A stretch of 62,923 nt of DNA, filler included, from Rhabdomonas costata (lineage: Eukaryota), in NCBI GenBank assembly GCA_019059605.1. It is 57 parts of 57 records of this genome, joined end to end, with 100 filler letters (N's around TTAATTAATTAA, not from the genome) between each part and the next. Parts side by side here need not be neighbours in the genome. Positions count along the whole stretch, not along the records: positions 13,272 to 14,277 come from JAHMHO010034017.1; positions 14,378 to 15,383 come from JAHMHO010034018.1; positions 15,484 to 16,489 come from JAHMHO010034019.1; positions 16,590 to 17,594 come from JAHMHO010034020.1; positions 17,695 to 18,696 come from JAHMHO010034021.1; positions 18,797 to 19,802 come from JAHMHO010034022.1; positions 19,903 to 20,908 come from JAHMHO010034023.1; positions 21,009 to 22,014 come from JAHMHO010034024.1; 49 more parts are not named here. One strand, given 5' to 3'. This document shows, piece by piece, positions 13,201 to 25,427 of this stretch (position 1 is the first letter of the stretch; the number at the start of each line of letters is the position of its first letter). The notes below the pieces were generated by a model. That model was not told the DNA's origin. It searched no databases and saw only the letters and a program-made list of their open reading frames with translations. The position numbers and the translations under genes are program-made.

Positions 13201-14378
13201 NNNNNNNNNNNNNNNTTAATTAATTAANNNNNNNNNNNNNNNNNNNNNNNNNNNNNNNNNNNNNNNNNNNNATGAGCGATTGAGTGAGGGTCGGAGCATG
13301 CGTGCTTGCGCAGGTTGTATGTGGTCGTGTGTAGCCTCATTTTTTCTGTCGTAATGAGATGGGGTCATTCAGCACTGCTCTGCCAACTCCGAATCTGCAT
13401 CCACCGTCAGGGTACGCCGAGTGTGTGGGTTTAATTTTCTGGTGGGAGGCAAACCACCACCGCAAGCCTGGAGGTTCTAACCAAATTTCAAGTCCAGAAA
13501 GAAGGTCCGCCAAGAACAAGATCAACAAATGCGTCATTGAAGTTCTAAAAAAAAATAGCAGTACGGGGAAAGGGGGAGGAAGCCGAAACAACCCAACGGC
13601 CATTGACCGCTAATGCCTGAACCAGGTCTCTTTTATTTTCCAGCGCACGCACTCATTTAGTATGCTGAAGTCTGGATTTGGATCCGAAAGCCCCGCTCTG
13701 GATCTTGCCTTTGCTGTGGGTTGTAATGCCCTGTGAGTGTTGGTGAGCGTTTTGCATGGTCACGAGCAAAGAGATAGGCTCGTAGCAGTGCTCTCTGCGG
13801 CGGAGGGGGATAAGCGTGCCAGAATTCTCTGGTCCCACACTACCTTTAGCATCTCCAAGTGGGAGGCAACAGCCCCGGAAAGCTGCTCCAGCACCTCAGA
13901 GGGGGCCCATGTTGCGGCACCTGCGGTACCACAGCCGCGCACAAAAGGTTCCATAGGCTTTCCAAGCACAGGAACCGCCGTCGAACCCGCGACGTATATA
14001 AAAACGCGCCCTGAATGTTGGTTTTCGGGTTGGCCCACCCCAAAATTGCCCGTCCCGAAATCGGAGCGTGATCGATCCAAAAAAAATTCTTTCTGCAGAA
14101 GCGCAAAAATAGCGCATTCCTTGACTCCTCCACTATGGAAGAGGAGGGGCAAGAAATTTTCCAGAACAGTGCTATGTAAGCAATTTGAGTGCAAGGCGGT
14201 GCAACGGAACAGCTGCTGCCGGCATGATTCTCACACTTCGCCACCCGTGCCATCCCCGTGATCTGCACACAAACACANNNNNNNNNNNNNNNNNNNNNNN
14301 NNNNNNNNNNNNNNNNNNNNNTTAATTAATTAANNNNNNNNNNNNNNNNNNNNNNNNNNNNNNNNNNNNNNNNNNNNT

Positions 14379-14699
14379 TTTTGTGGGCTTCTGAGTGGGA
14401 AACCCATCGCCAACCTTTCCCGGGATGTCATGGAGCTTGTGAGGGAAGCTGTTGTTAACGATGGAGGAGAGGGATATGTGCGATTGCTGCGGGACCCCCA
14501 GCACCATGCGGGGTGCAACGAAGCAATCGTCATAGCTGCACTGCGCCATGTGCGAGTGCACATCTTTTTGCCGGGAGACCCTCCGATTACTCCGATCGAG
14601 TGCGTTCCTGAAGAGGTTTGGGTAGGCAGTCCGGTTTGTATCATGTACAACGGCCGTGACCATTATGACCTTTTGCTGCGCAGCCCCGCTGTGCAGTGA
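14379..14699 (+). CDS. C-terminal half of OTU-like cysteine protease (deubiquitinase) domain
   Basis: YVRLLRDPQHHAGCNEAIVIA...VHIF...VCIMYNGRDHYDLL then TGA; HYD catalytic-His motif; frame open from contig start. Confidence 0.7.
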   Translation, partial: FCGLLSGKPIANLSRDVMELVREAVVNDGGEGYVRLLRDPQHHAGCNEAIVIAALRHVRVHIFLPGDPPITPIECVPEEVWVGSPVCIMYNGRDHYDLLLRSPAVQ

Positions 14700-15789
14700 G
14701 TATACGGACATGAATTTGAGTATCTCAGTGGTGGAATGGCTGGGATAAGGCCAGTTCGAGGGCACCCCTCGCATGAATGTGGTGAGTTGTGCCTTCCCCC
14801 TGACTATTGTTTTGCCATTGGCTACACATTGTGATACGTTGTCGTTGCCTTCTTGAAAACATTTGGTTTTTCGCTGGTTAGCCGAGCGCGCGATGCGGTG
14901 CCGAAACGGTTGTTTATGCGATATTTGGCTATTGCCAAACAGGCGTCAGTGTCCCACCCCGTCTCCCCGTCTCTAGAAGAATGCTTGAGGTGTCCCCTCT
15001 CGAGGACAAAACCCCTCAATTATATTTCATGTCTCTCCAAAGGGTTCCATGACAAATTTGGATGGCTCACCAGGATGAACAAATTCACGCCTGTGGTCGA
15101 GAGACAGAGAGAGTGAATCGCTGCGTTGTCCAAGTGCATGATCCTCCGTACGTTGTGCCAAGGGTAAAAGGATGAAGAACATGCCCCTAGGATGCATTCC
15201 CCTTCTCATCTGCCTATTTCAAGAGCAGAGCGTCTGTCCAGCCGAGATGGTGGAAGCATTGTCGTCTGAATCCTGAATGACCCATATCTCCTCCTTCATT
15301 CCTTTTTGGAAGGTAAGTGGGCGTATATGGAGACCCATTCCCCCCCCCCTCCACTGGTCGCTGTCACCGTGTCTGCAAATAAANNNNNNNNNNNNNNNNN
15401 NNNNNNNNNNNNNNNNNNNNNNNNNNNTTAATTAATTAANNNNNNNNNNNNNNNNNNNNNNNNNNNNNNNNNNNNNNNNNNNNGGTGGGTGTTGTGATTT
15501 CCGTGTTCGTTTGTGTTTGTGTATGCAGAGGGGCATTTTTGTGAGGTTTTGAGATGAGGAAGCTCCCTGCGCTTGCGCACCTGAGTAGAGCTGATGCCGG
15601 ATATTTTTTCTTTCGAGTATATTGCATGACTCTTTCTTTGGTATCCTTACTTGTCCTTGTCTTATTCCTCCGCCGCTTTCGGGCCCATCACTTAAGATGG
15701 ATCGCGCCTTTCAAGAGGGCGTCAGCACGTCATCTGCACGCTTTCTTTCCGGTTTATCGCCTGAATCAGACGTTTTTCTTGGGGGCTAG

Positions 15790-15983
15790 GCAACTGCGGA
15801 GGCCGCAAGCTCTTCGTGTATTCCATCAACACGGTGCGTGGCACCTTCGGAATGTTCTCCGTGGTTAACCAGTTACTCGCCGCGCTCTCCGCCGCGCTGT
15901 ATCTGAACCGTACCCTTGTCTTCGTCACCCAGGACTCCCGCACGTGGTTCCTGACCAACCAAACCCAGTGTCGGGACAGGAAT
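15790..15983 (+). CDS. Exon of GT23/FUT8-like fucosyltransferase
   Basis: NCGGRKLFVYSIN..RGTFGMFSVVNQLLAALSAALYLNRTLVF resembles the FUT8 C..K.LV...GCG.G..H.......A....RTL segment; tag acceptor, GTGTGC donor. Confidence 0.55.
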
Positions 15984-16400
15984 GTGTGCATGAGCCCCAC
16001 GTCCCAAGTGTCGCGGGAAGAATTTGAATCTGTATGGATGCCTGCTCGCGGAATTTTTAGGCTGGTGACCCGAGTCGGGCCAGAGCGATGGTGCCCGCGC
16101 CCGTTTATTTCTGCAGAGATGGCACCCCTATTTCTTTGTGTCACAGAATGCGGTTGGCTATTGGGGCCTGTGTTTCTTCCTCAGTTGTTCAGGTAGTGCT
16201 AGTGAAGGACAAAAGAATGAGGTGAAATGCTCTGTCCGTGTTGGGCAAGGTGGCAAGGTCTTCATCAAGAAGCCGTTGGCAATCCCGAACACATCCGTTC
16301 ACGTGTGACATGTACCCAGCCTTGGGAGCAAAACGCTCCCATGCGATCACGGAATTATTTTCGCGGTAAGGCCAGCGGACTGAGCCAAACAGCTGAGCGC

Positions 16401-16483
16401 CATACACGTACACGGAATTACAACAAGAAGGCCAGCACGGGGTTAGAAGGCGGTGTACGCACTGGATTTGCCCAGCACTAGGC
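16401..16483 (+). repeat. Interspersed repeat, copy A (homologous to 21033-21116)
   Basis: Shared core AGAAGGCCAGCACGGGGTT...CCCAGCACTAGGC in two independent contigs. Confidence 0.8.
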
Positions 16484-16589
16484 GGACAANNNNNNNNNNN
16501 NNNNNNNNNNNNNNNNNNNNNNNNNNNNNNNNNTTAATTAATTAANNNNNNNNNNNNNNNNNNNNNNNNNNNNNNNNNNNNNNNNNNNN

Positions 16590-17594
16590 TTTTGGGCAGA
16601 GGTGCATGTCGTCGTGGGTTCAGGGGCTTTGTTTAGGAATTCGGATATTTGGTTGGTTTTATTGTCACGAGCGTGTGTCTGTAGCGTTGTGGTGTGCGTA
16701 GTTCTATGGATGGTCTCTGTGTTCGTGGTTCAGGTTCGGGATTTGGACTTCTGGGTTCGAGGTTGGGGTTTTGTGTCTGGTTTGCTTCTATGGGTTTGTT
16801 TTATGTGGATGGGGTTTGTGTCTTGTTGCTGGACGTTGCGGGTTTCTCTGTGCCTTGGTCGGTGGGTGTGGTATATGGACAGATCAATGCGTGGGGTTGG
16901 AGTAGCGCTCTTGAGGCGGTTGTGTGTCTGGATTCGGGTGGGTGTTGGTTCTGGAGTGTCTTGGGTGGTTGCAAACTTTCTGTATCCGTGAATTATAGTT
17001 TAAGGTTCATGTATTGTGTTCTCTTTACGCCTTCTTTGTTCTATTAGTCTCATTGGATACGATTGTTTCTGTTTCTGTGTTGGTTTGTGCTACGGTGGTT
17101 GTGGAGGGGGTGAGTTTGGTGTTGTTGCCTTTGTTCTTGTGGTGTGGGGTGATTGTTTCGGCACCTCTGTTGCCTTGTTGTTTTGGGATGGCGCGCAAGC
17201 GTAGGTGATTGCCTTCGTTGTGTTACTGGTCTACTTCGCAACTTTTGTTGCTTCATCAGTGCGTGTTGCTCTCGGGTGGGTGGTTTTGTGTCAAGGCTTA
17301 ACATTGGAGTTATGTACGTGCATGGGTGTGTGTATGGTTACGCTTTGTGGTTACGTATTCCTGGTTTCGAGTTCTTTGCCTTCACCCTAGTGATGGCCAT
17401 CTCTTGTGGTGGATTCTCTTGTGTTTGTATTGAGGTTGTTGATGTGGGTGCAGGTGTGGAAGGTGCTACGTGTTTTTGGTACGCTGTGGTAGGTGGTTAT
17501 GGCTTTACGGGGTTGGGTTTCTCTTCGATGTCCGTATTTTATGTCTTGCAATCTTGTTGGTCGGATGAAATGGAAGGACCAACACCGGTTTCTG
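16590..17594. other. G/T-skewed low-complexity contig, probable WGA primer-concatemer artefact
   Basis: Runs of G/T-only 8-12-mers alternating with short mixed segments; no credible protein. Confidence 0.6.
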
Positions 17595-17880
17595 NNNNNN
17601 NNNNNNNNNNNNNNNNNNNNNNNNNNNNNNNNNNNNNNTTAATTAATTAANNNNNNNNNNNNNNNNNNNNNNNNNNNNNNNNNNNNNNNNNNNNCGTCCT
17701 AACCCCACATGATAAAAATACTTGAATTCCTTGGCCGGTCAAGTAGACCGCTGCCATTTATCCTTCATTTTGTTGAACAGCTGAGCAGAATCAGATTGCT
17801 ATCATTCCCCTTCCGACTTGCAGTGATGCGCTTGTGTTGAACACAGCCCTCAGGTTGTTTGGAAGAACACGCACACATGC

Positions 17881-18696
17881 CGTAGCAGTTCAACACCACA
17901 GTGCCATCCGTCACGTTCCCGAACGCAGCAGGGGCGGTGATCATCTCAGCAGTTTTCGCGGAGTCATTGAAGGACGCCGTGCACGCCGTGCTGGCCAGCA
18001 CAGGGCTGACGCACCACTTCCCTCCAGAGGAGTACAGCTGCAGGCCCGTGACTCGGCCGGTGTAGTACGGCATGCCAGCCGATAGCCCCTTGACGTCGTA
18101 GATGTCCGCCAGGCCGTGGCCGGCAGGGTCCAGAATCTGCACGCTGCACGCTGAGAAATGGCACCACCAGAACGCAAAGAAGTCAGAGTTTACTACACAG
18201 GAATTCTCTTTCTTACAGAGGGATACGCATTTGGATAAGCATCTAAACGTGTGAAGGGTGTTAAACGGGCGTAAGAAGTGTAACGGGCGAAAGAAAAAAA
18301 TCCAACGCCCCCACCTCCTCAACTGTGAACGACCTTGACTCCAAAGAGAGAAAACAACAACAGGAATTGAACCGCAGGGTGAGAGACGGAATCGAAGTTT
18401 TCAGCCTACTAGCTTTCTCCTACTCACTCTTTCTTTCCAGTCTTCCTGCGTTCTCGTCTTCCTTTTTTGATTTCATGTCCTTTCCACTGTGCACCGGCTC
18501 AGTACTGATTAGCGGCTTCAGCTAAACCCATGTCAGACAACCTGTGGCGTTTTTCACCGCCACCTGTGTTCGAAAGCCGTAAATTGAGCCGAGCTTCGCG
18601 GAGACGGGTGGTGAGCATACGCTGGAAGGTGACATAGTTTTGCGAGAACACCACGCTGCCCATCTGCACGTAGGCGTAACCCTTGTCCCCCCACAC
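17881..18696 (-). CDS. Papain-family (C1A) cysteine protease C-terminus plus extension; exons 18696-18621 and 18150-about 17881
   Basis: WGDKGYAYVQMG motif; phase-1 GTATGC...cag intron joins to PCSVQILDPAGHGLADIY...GGKWCVSPV...LNCY. Confidence 0.6.
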
Positions 18697-21032
18697 NNNN
18701 NNNNNNNNNNNNNNNNNNNNNNNNNNNNNNNNNNNNNNNNTTAATTAATTAANNNNNNNNNNNNNNNNNNNNNNNNNNNNNNNNNNNNNNNNNNNNGTTG
18801 TTTTGTTACAGTGTTGTGGAAAAATTAGCCCTTTCGACTCGAAGTGACTTCGCAGATGAAGCACCACCACAAGACGTGCAACAACACTGTAACTAAACAA
18901 TCTGCTGCGTCGGTCACGTCAAAGGGGTAATCCCTCTCAGAATTATGCAGCAATCTGACGACTTTGCTTGCACGTGCGCTCAGCTTCTCCGAGCTGAGGG
19001 CGCAGGTCCGGGTCTTCACCGGGGTGATCGGACGGAGCTTCCCTCGAACCTTCTCGCGGATGTTCCTGTGCTGTGGGTGGCCGGGGTGGCTGCGCCACAC
19101 CATCACACTGATGGCCCATGGCGCTGGCGTGGATGGGGCCTTCGTCACTCCAAAGGAGCTGATTGATCGTTACGGCATGTGTGCATTCATTCTTCAATGG
19201 CTGCGTTTCTATCGACGCTTCCAAGCCCGTATTCGCTCCCATGGAATAATTCAAGGAAATCGAATCTCTTACTGTATCTTTGCCTTGTGACCCGTGGAAG
19301 CTCGAGCGGCAGGGGCTGCGGCATTGGGCTGAGCTCCACCAGTGTCTCTTCTCCGTGCGACTGCACTCCAATCCCCGCTCACATAAGATGCTCAGAATGG
19401 CCGAACCCCACTTTCAAAAGGCACTGAGGATGCATCACCATACATTTAACTACTTGTGTGCCTCTCCCACCTGTCAGAGATGCCTGAGTATGCCTCTTTT
19501 TCATGTTTGCCCTGTGCTCCCCCTTTTTTTCGGGGGATTTGGGGACGGAGAGTACTGATATATGAAGGGCTGAAAGCCCTAAGACAGATGGCAATAGACG
19601 ACCTTTCCATGGGATTGCAATGGAGCATCTTCCCTGCGGCTGGCACAGGTTCAGCGAACGTCCCCGCCGTGATCGGAGGAGAGCTTGACCTGAGCCTCCG
19701 ACCGCCTGTGGGCGACGTCATGGCAGAGTTTTATCTTTCCGGTCAAGCCACTCGACGGTTCTGGTGGCTCCTCGGAGACACCCCGCCTGCCCTGCCCTTG
19801 CCNNNNNNNNNNNNNNNNNNNNNNNNNNNNNNNNNNNNNNNNNNNNTTAATTAATTAANNNNNNNNNNNNNNNNNNNNNNNNNNNNNNNNNNNNNNNNNN
19901 NNGGGTGGTTGGGTGTCACTATTACCGATTTTGTGGAAGTTTCATTGCTGTGGAAATTTCAATATCGGGGTAAATGGGGGCTTTGCACCTTCAAAACGTT
20001 CAATTTGCAATTGCCTGTGCAAAATTGACGGGACAGAGAGACACAGAAATCAATGAGGGGCTCCTTGGTCCAGAGATCTGACTTATTGTGGGCCGTGCGG
20101 ACGCCTTTTACGAATTCCTCGTCATCCACTTCTGTGTCGTGCTGTGACGGCGCGGTCTTAGTATTTCCCTCTCGCTGCTCTTATGTGCAGAACGGCCAAA
20201 GGTGTACGAGCACGAGATCGAGAGCGCAGTCAAAACTCTTTACGAGTGGTGAGGCGGGGTCTTTGGCCCCGCTTTTTCTTTTTCCCATGCCCTGGTGAAC
20301 CTTTTTCCTCATGTTGCGCTGCGCTATGTCTGCCGTCGTGGGTTTTGGCGGGGAACCGCCCGACCTACTTTCCCACCTTTGCGCTTTCTGCCGAGTGCTC
20401 GACAATGTTCTGGACCAACCGTGACTTTCTGCCATGACAATTGCCACCGTTATTGATGGCCATGGATGTTCTTTGCTTCGGAGGGGTTGTCCTTTTTTTC
20501 TCTCACACTTGGACTGTCACATCCCATCCATTCTGTTGGTTTTCCAGCCATGTGTACTATGTGCACTCGCTTTGAACGTCCCCGAACCAGCGAGCCACAA
20601 CTTCAGGTTCGATTGTGGTGACCAATCGAACAAGATAGGAGCCCTAAAAAAACACAAGGGTTTAAGGGTTTAGTCTTGCTGTGGTGAAGGTTGCTGCCGG
20701 TTGTCCCAGACAGAAGCCGGAATAAACTCACCAAGGATTAAGTGCAACCAATGTCCATTGTATGAAGGGGGCTTGGGAATCACCCTGATCACATGTATCA
20801 GCGTATCAGCTCATCCTTGAGTAGTCTTGAAGATCCCAATCTTCCCATGCTCTCTGCCTGTTTCTGAATAGTTGTTAAACAAACCACTCGCAGTTTGTAA
20901 CACAAAACNNNNNNNNNNNNNNNNNNNNNNNNNNNNNNNNNNNNNNNNNNNNTTAATTAATTAANNNNNNNNNNNNNNNNNNNNNNNNNNNNNNNNNNNN
21001 NNNNNNNNGGGTGTGGGTTACGAGGCGATGCG

Positions 21033-21116
21033 CATACGCGTACCCCTGGAACTGCAGCAGAAGGCCAGCACGGGGTTGGGAGGCAGTGCACACGCGGGGT
21101 GTACCCAGCACTAGGC
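21033..21116 (+). repeat. Interspersed repeat, copy B (homologous to 16401-16483)
   Basis: See copy A. Confidence 0.8.
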
Positions 21117-23220
21117 TTAAAACGCATCCACGCAATCACGGAATTCGGCTAGGTACCGTTGGGTCCGTTTCGAAGTTTTTGTGCAGTGGACATTGCTCAC
21201 GGCTGAGTAGCGAACCCTACTTATGAATAGCGTTCGCTATTCACGAGGGATAGCGGGGGGGGGGTGAGGACGCAAGAGTCCAAACCACATTTTTCCGCGA
21301 TTTAAAAGTGCTTAAAAAAACCAGTTCTACGTGTGCCGGGGTAGGAGAGGCCAAGTGGATACTCTTGAGGGGGGGTAAATAAAATTGAGATAAGTTAGAA
21401 GTAAGGAAGAGAGTGGTACAGAGGGATCACACCCCATGGTGCCTGGCATCGGCGAAGTCGGCTGCGACATCATCTTGGCGCGCTGCTCCCTGCGAAGAAC
21501 AGAAAAGGCCTCAAGCCCTTTCACCCACGCAGCTGCTGAAAAAGATGCGTCAAAACTGTTGCAATACAAAATCGACATAGAGTAGGGTAGAAAATATAAA
21601 ATAGAGAATCGACACAGACGGCAGAAGGGGAGCACACGGGTAGAGCTGCATTCGCTTGTGCTGCCTCGCGGTAGGATGGAAGGAGATCGGCATACTGCCT
21701 GTGAATTCCTGCAGAACATCAAAGTCACATAAAACACAGAAGAGCACGCATACAACCCACACGAAAAATGAGATGGAACCCGTGAAGAAGTCGGGAGCAA
21801 GGGAAGGAACAGGTCGCTTTTTTTTACCCCAGTGCAACGGATCGCCTGAAGGTGGTCTGCGGATCTCAACAAAAACCTAAAGCAACAAAGGGAGAGTTTC
21901 AAAAGCCGCACTTGGGATCTGCTTTAACCACCCCAAAAGACCCCAGGCCTGCTTCGGCTTAGCCCTCTATTTGTGGAACCACCCCATGACCTTTTCAGCC
22001 CCCCCCCCAAACAANNNNNNNNNNNNNNNNNNNNNNNNNNNNNNNNNNNNNNNNNNNNTTAATTAATTAANNNNNNNNNNNNNNNNNNNNNNNNNNNNNN
22101 NNNNNNNNNNNNNNATGAAAGACTACAAACAAATGTGCGTATGCACGGCGGTGGTTTTTAAACCACTTCAGCGCTTACACATGCCCAAAGCCCTTCTTCC
22201 ATCTAGTCGCACAGTCTCACTTTCATTCTCGTGCTTTGTGGTGCCACCACACTCCACCTTCCAGAACTACACTACGCCTATGACTGGAGCCTCTGATCAG
22301 GCTCAAAAGACACGAGTTGTCTCGGCATCCGGCTCCGCATCTCCAAAATGGGACCGGGAGCTGTTCCAGAGCATTGTGGATCTCCGGAATCCTGTCGCGG
22401 CGTTCTGCCTTGGCCCATCCACTTCACTCAACGTCCACGAGTACCTACCCAGCCGTCGAACGAAGTCTGAACCTCTTGGTGCACGACCCCCGCCTGCCTA
22501 ATTTCCTCAAGTCCATGCTCCCTCTTCTGGAGTTCAACATCACTCTGACTTACAAACGCGCGTCTACACTAATTCAATACGTGTATGCTTCACGTGCTTC
22601 TTGGAATCTTTCCCAGGTGGTCCCCTCGACACCCGCATACACAGATCCCACTACTGGACCATCGCAGATACCTTACGCTACACACCCGGCATACTTGCCT
22701 TCCGCTAATCCCGATAGTTTTGTGTCCATCAACGGACAACGGACGCACAAACTACAAGTCCGCCAAAGGCGAGCTTTGGGACACCGCACTATCACTGCCG
22801 CATCTGCCACTGCCTCCAATGTAACTTCGCCACGTGCAATACCTCCGCCAGGCCACAAACTGGCAAACTGGTGGGCTTCCTCCCCACGCTCCCCAGTGAA
22901 CCTCGCGGGACCCCGAAGTCCACCACAAACAAGTCTACCCCATCTTTTCCACAAAGTCACGTTCCACCACGTCATCAATCTGTTTCATCCACAATGCCAG
23001 ATATCACTTCTACCACACACGACATTTCCATCCTCCCCGCTTTCCGCATCTACTTACCAACACCCGAAGTCACATTGTCCACATTCGCGTACTCATCCTC
23101 CACTCTCTCGCCCCAACCACNNNNNNNNNNNNNNNNNNNNNNNNNNNNNNNNNNNNNNNNNNNNTTAATTAATTAANNNNNNNNNNNNNNNNNNNNNNNN
23201 NNNNNNNNNNNNNNNNNNNN

Positions 23221-23344
23221 TGGCAGACTGGTTCGGGTCCTGCGCCATGTGTCTCCATACCACCACGCTGCGCCCTAGGACGGGGGCGCCTCCCGCGGAC
23301 GCCGGTAGAGAGACACATGGCGCAGGACCCGAACCAGTCTGCCA
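23221..23344. repeat. 35-bp perfect inverted repeat at contig start (probable fold-back)
   Basis: 23221-23255 is the reverse complement of 23310-23344. Confidence 0.9.
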
Positions 23345-24559
23345 CCAGATGTTACGAATTAGTATCTCAGCGGGTGAACGGCACACCGCCTCAGAGGATT
23401 TGGGTGAGGGGTGACCCGAAGAAAGATTAACAATCAAAGTATAATTTGGTTTCAGAACAAGTCAACCCCCCCACACACACTGTTTAGAACGCACAAGAAG
23501 TACAAAAGAAAACCCAATTTTCTTGGGGCTTTGCCCCGTGGTTTTCCTTCTCTCTAGCTCATTCGGGCACGGAAGGGCCTTGGCAAAGACGAAGTCGAAG
23601 GCAACAAACGGGGGGTAACCACCAAAAGGGTGCACAGCGTACCACAGAGCACAAAGGCAAGCAACAGCACAGCCAACGATTAAAAGGGAACCGCTTTGAC
23701 CGATTGACTTGATTGATTTGACCGATGATTCCCGCTCCGGTCCCACCATACCCATGTGGGCCGGAATCCTTTGCCCCAAGGGGCTTGGCATTCCATACCT
23801 AGGGCACCTTGTGCCCGACTGGGTTGTTGCGTCCCTTTTTCTCTCTGCTTGCATTTTGCCCCTTGGCGGTAGCCGGGAATTAAGAGCGGCTTCATCACAA
23901 TGGCGACGCTGTGGGGGGATTTTATCCCGATCCCTTGTTGAGGATTGGACCGAGCAGCGGTCCGCATCAATCGGTCTCATTTCCGGTTTCCTGGCGGAGC
24001 AGCCACCGGTAGCCGGTTACCAAGCCGGTTCGTGACACCCTCCCCCACTAGTAGTTTACTCCGTAAAACTTTGTCCCAACCGGATTGGTAAGGAGTGGTT
24101 TTCCGACTCTAAACTGCTATACAAACTCCTTTAACAGCTTAAATTTGCTGCTCGGGGGGTGTTGGGATGAACCTCTGGTGGAGGGGGGGCCTCGACCAGC
24201 AGAGGTTCATCCCAACACCCCNNNNNNNNNNNNNNNNNNNNNNNNNNNNNNNNNNNNNNNNNNNNTTAATTAATTAANNNNNNNNNNNNNNNNNNNNNNN
24301 NNNNNNNNNNNNNNNNNNNNNGGGTGTGGTGTCGAGTCGCTGTTGGCCTCACTTCGAGTCAATAGACATCAGTCGTGGACGTGGGGACATGGACGTGTCC
24401 TGTCATAGGCAAGTGGCCACGAACTGTAACGAGACAGCGGGGGGGCGGCGAGCCCTCCAGCTGTAAAGTTGAAGCCTGTTATTCTGATGCTACTTCTTCC
24501 CAGCTCTTGTGTACTGTGGGGCCGTGAACTCTCTCCTGGCAATCTCCAATTGGCTGCAG

Positions 24560-25209
24560 GGCTACAGATGCTCGTAGCGGTTACCCTCTCCGTGGTCAGC
24601 CAGGGGATCTACATCCTGGCGGACGTCTTTCGGTACGCCCTGCTACCCCATGTGCAGAGCAGTCCTGTGCCCGCGGGGATGCTATGGGTGGGCTTCGCCG
24701 GGCTGATGGGGGCCCCTCTGGTCACCCACGCCATCGTGGGCCCGGCCCGGCACCCCACCTACCGTCTCTGGCAGCCCTTCCGAGGTCAGCAGCTCTCTGG
24801 GTTGGTGGGTAGTGCTCACAGACTTGTTGAAGCTGTGCTCCCTTCCCCTTTTCCCTTTTGTCAGTTAGCAATCTCATCTTGCCTTCTCACAGCTCAGAAA
24901 CAACCTGAAGGTCGCCCCACTTGTGTGGCGACGTAGTGCGAGTTACTTCGCCTTTTGCCCAGCTCCCTCCGTCCTCAATTCCATCCTCCCATCACAGGTG
25001 GCTACACATTTGTGATGTGCCAGAGCGTGGGATGGTGCCTGATTGGGGCGGCTTTCATCCTCTCCATCTCCATACTGTACACGGGGCTGGATGCCGTCCT
25101 GAATGGCCTGATCAGTTTCACAGGCATTCTCGGCAGCGCAGGCCATTTGGTGATCTTCATGGGTGTGGACATGTACCAGACCGACGACTACGTCACGAAG
25201 ATGCGCCAG
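24560..25209 (+). CDS. Polytopic membrane protein, possibly the N-terminal membrane region of a large protist DGAT2-type acyltransferase; exons about 24560-24784 and 24998-25209
   Basis: Four hydrophobic helices; the splice joins YRLWQPFRG|GYTFVMCQSVGW. The family call rests on recall of this motif and is tentative. Confidence 0.55.
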
Positions 25210-25427
25210 GTTTGTAGCGTTTGGTTTCCGCCTATTTAAGGTTGGTGGGTTTCTGAGTGCTCTGACATCGTTCGAGGTCCACATGTTTCTCTATATCGAA
25301 ACTGTTCTTGTTCTTACCCAAACCCCCNNNNNNNNNNNNNNNNNNNNNNNNNNNNNNNNNNNNNNNNNNNNTTAATTAATTAANNNNNNNNNNNNNNNNN
25401 NNNNNNNNNNNNNNNNNNNNNNNNNNN

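Noticed and set aside
17230..17265. Hammerhead-like CTGATGA-hairpin-GAAG on the minus strand
   Set aside because: Extra A, GAAG instead of GAAA, no stems I/III, and located in a likely artefact contig
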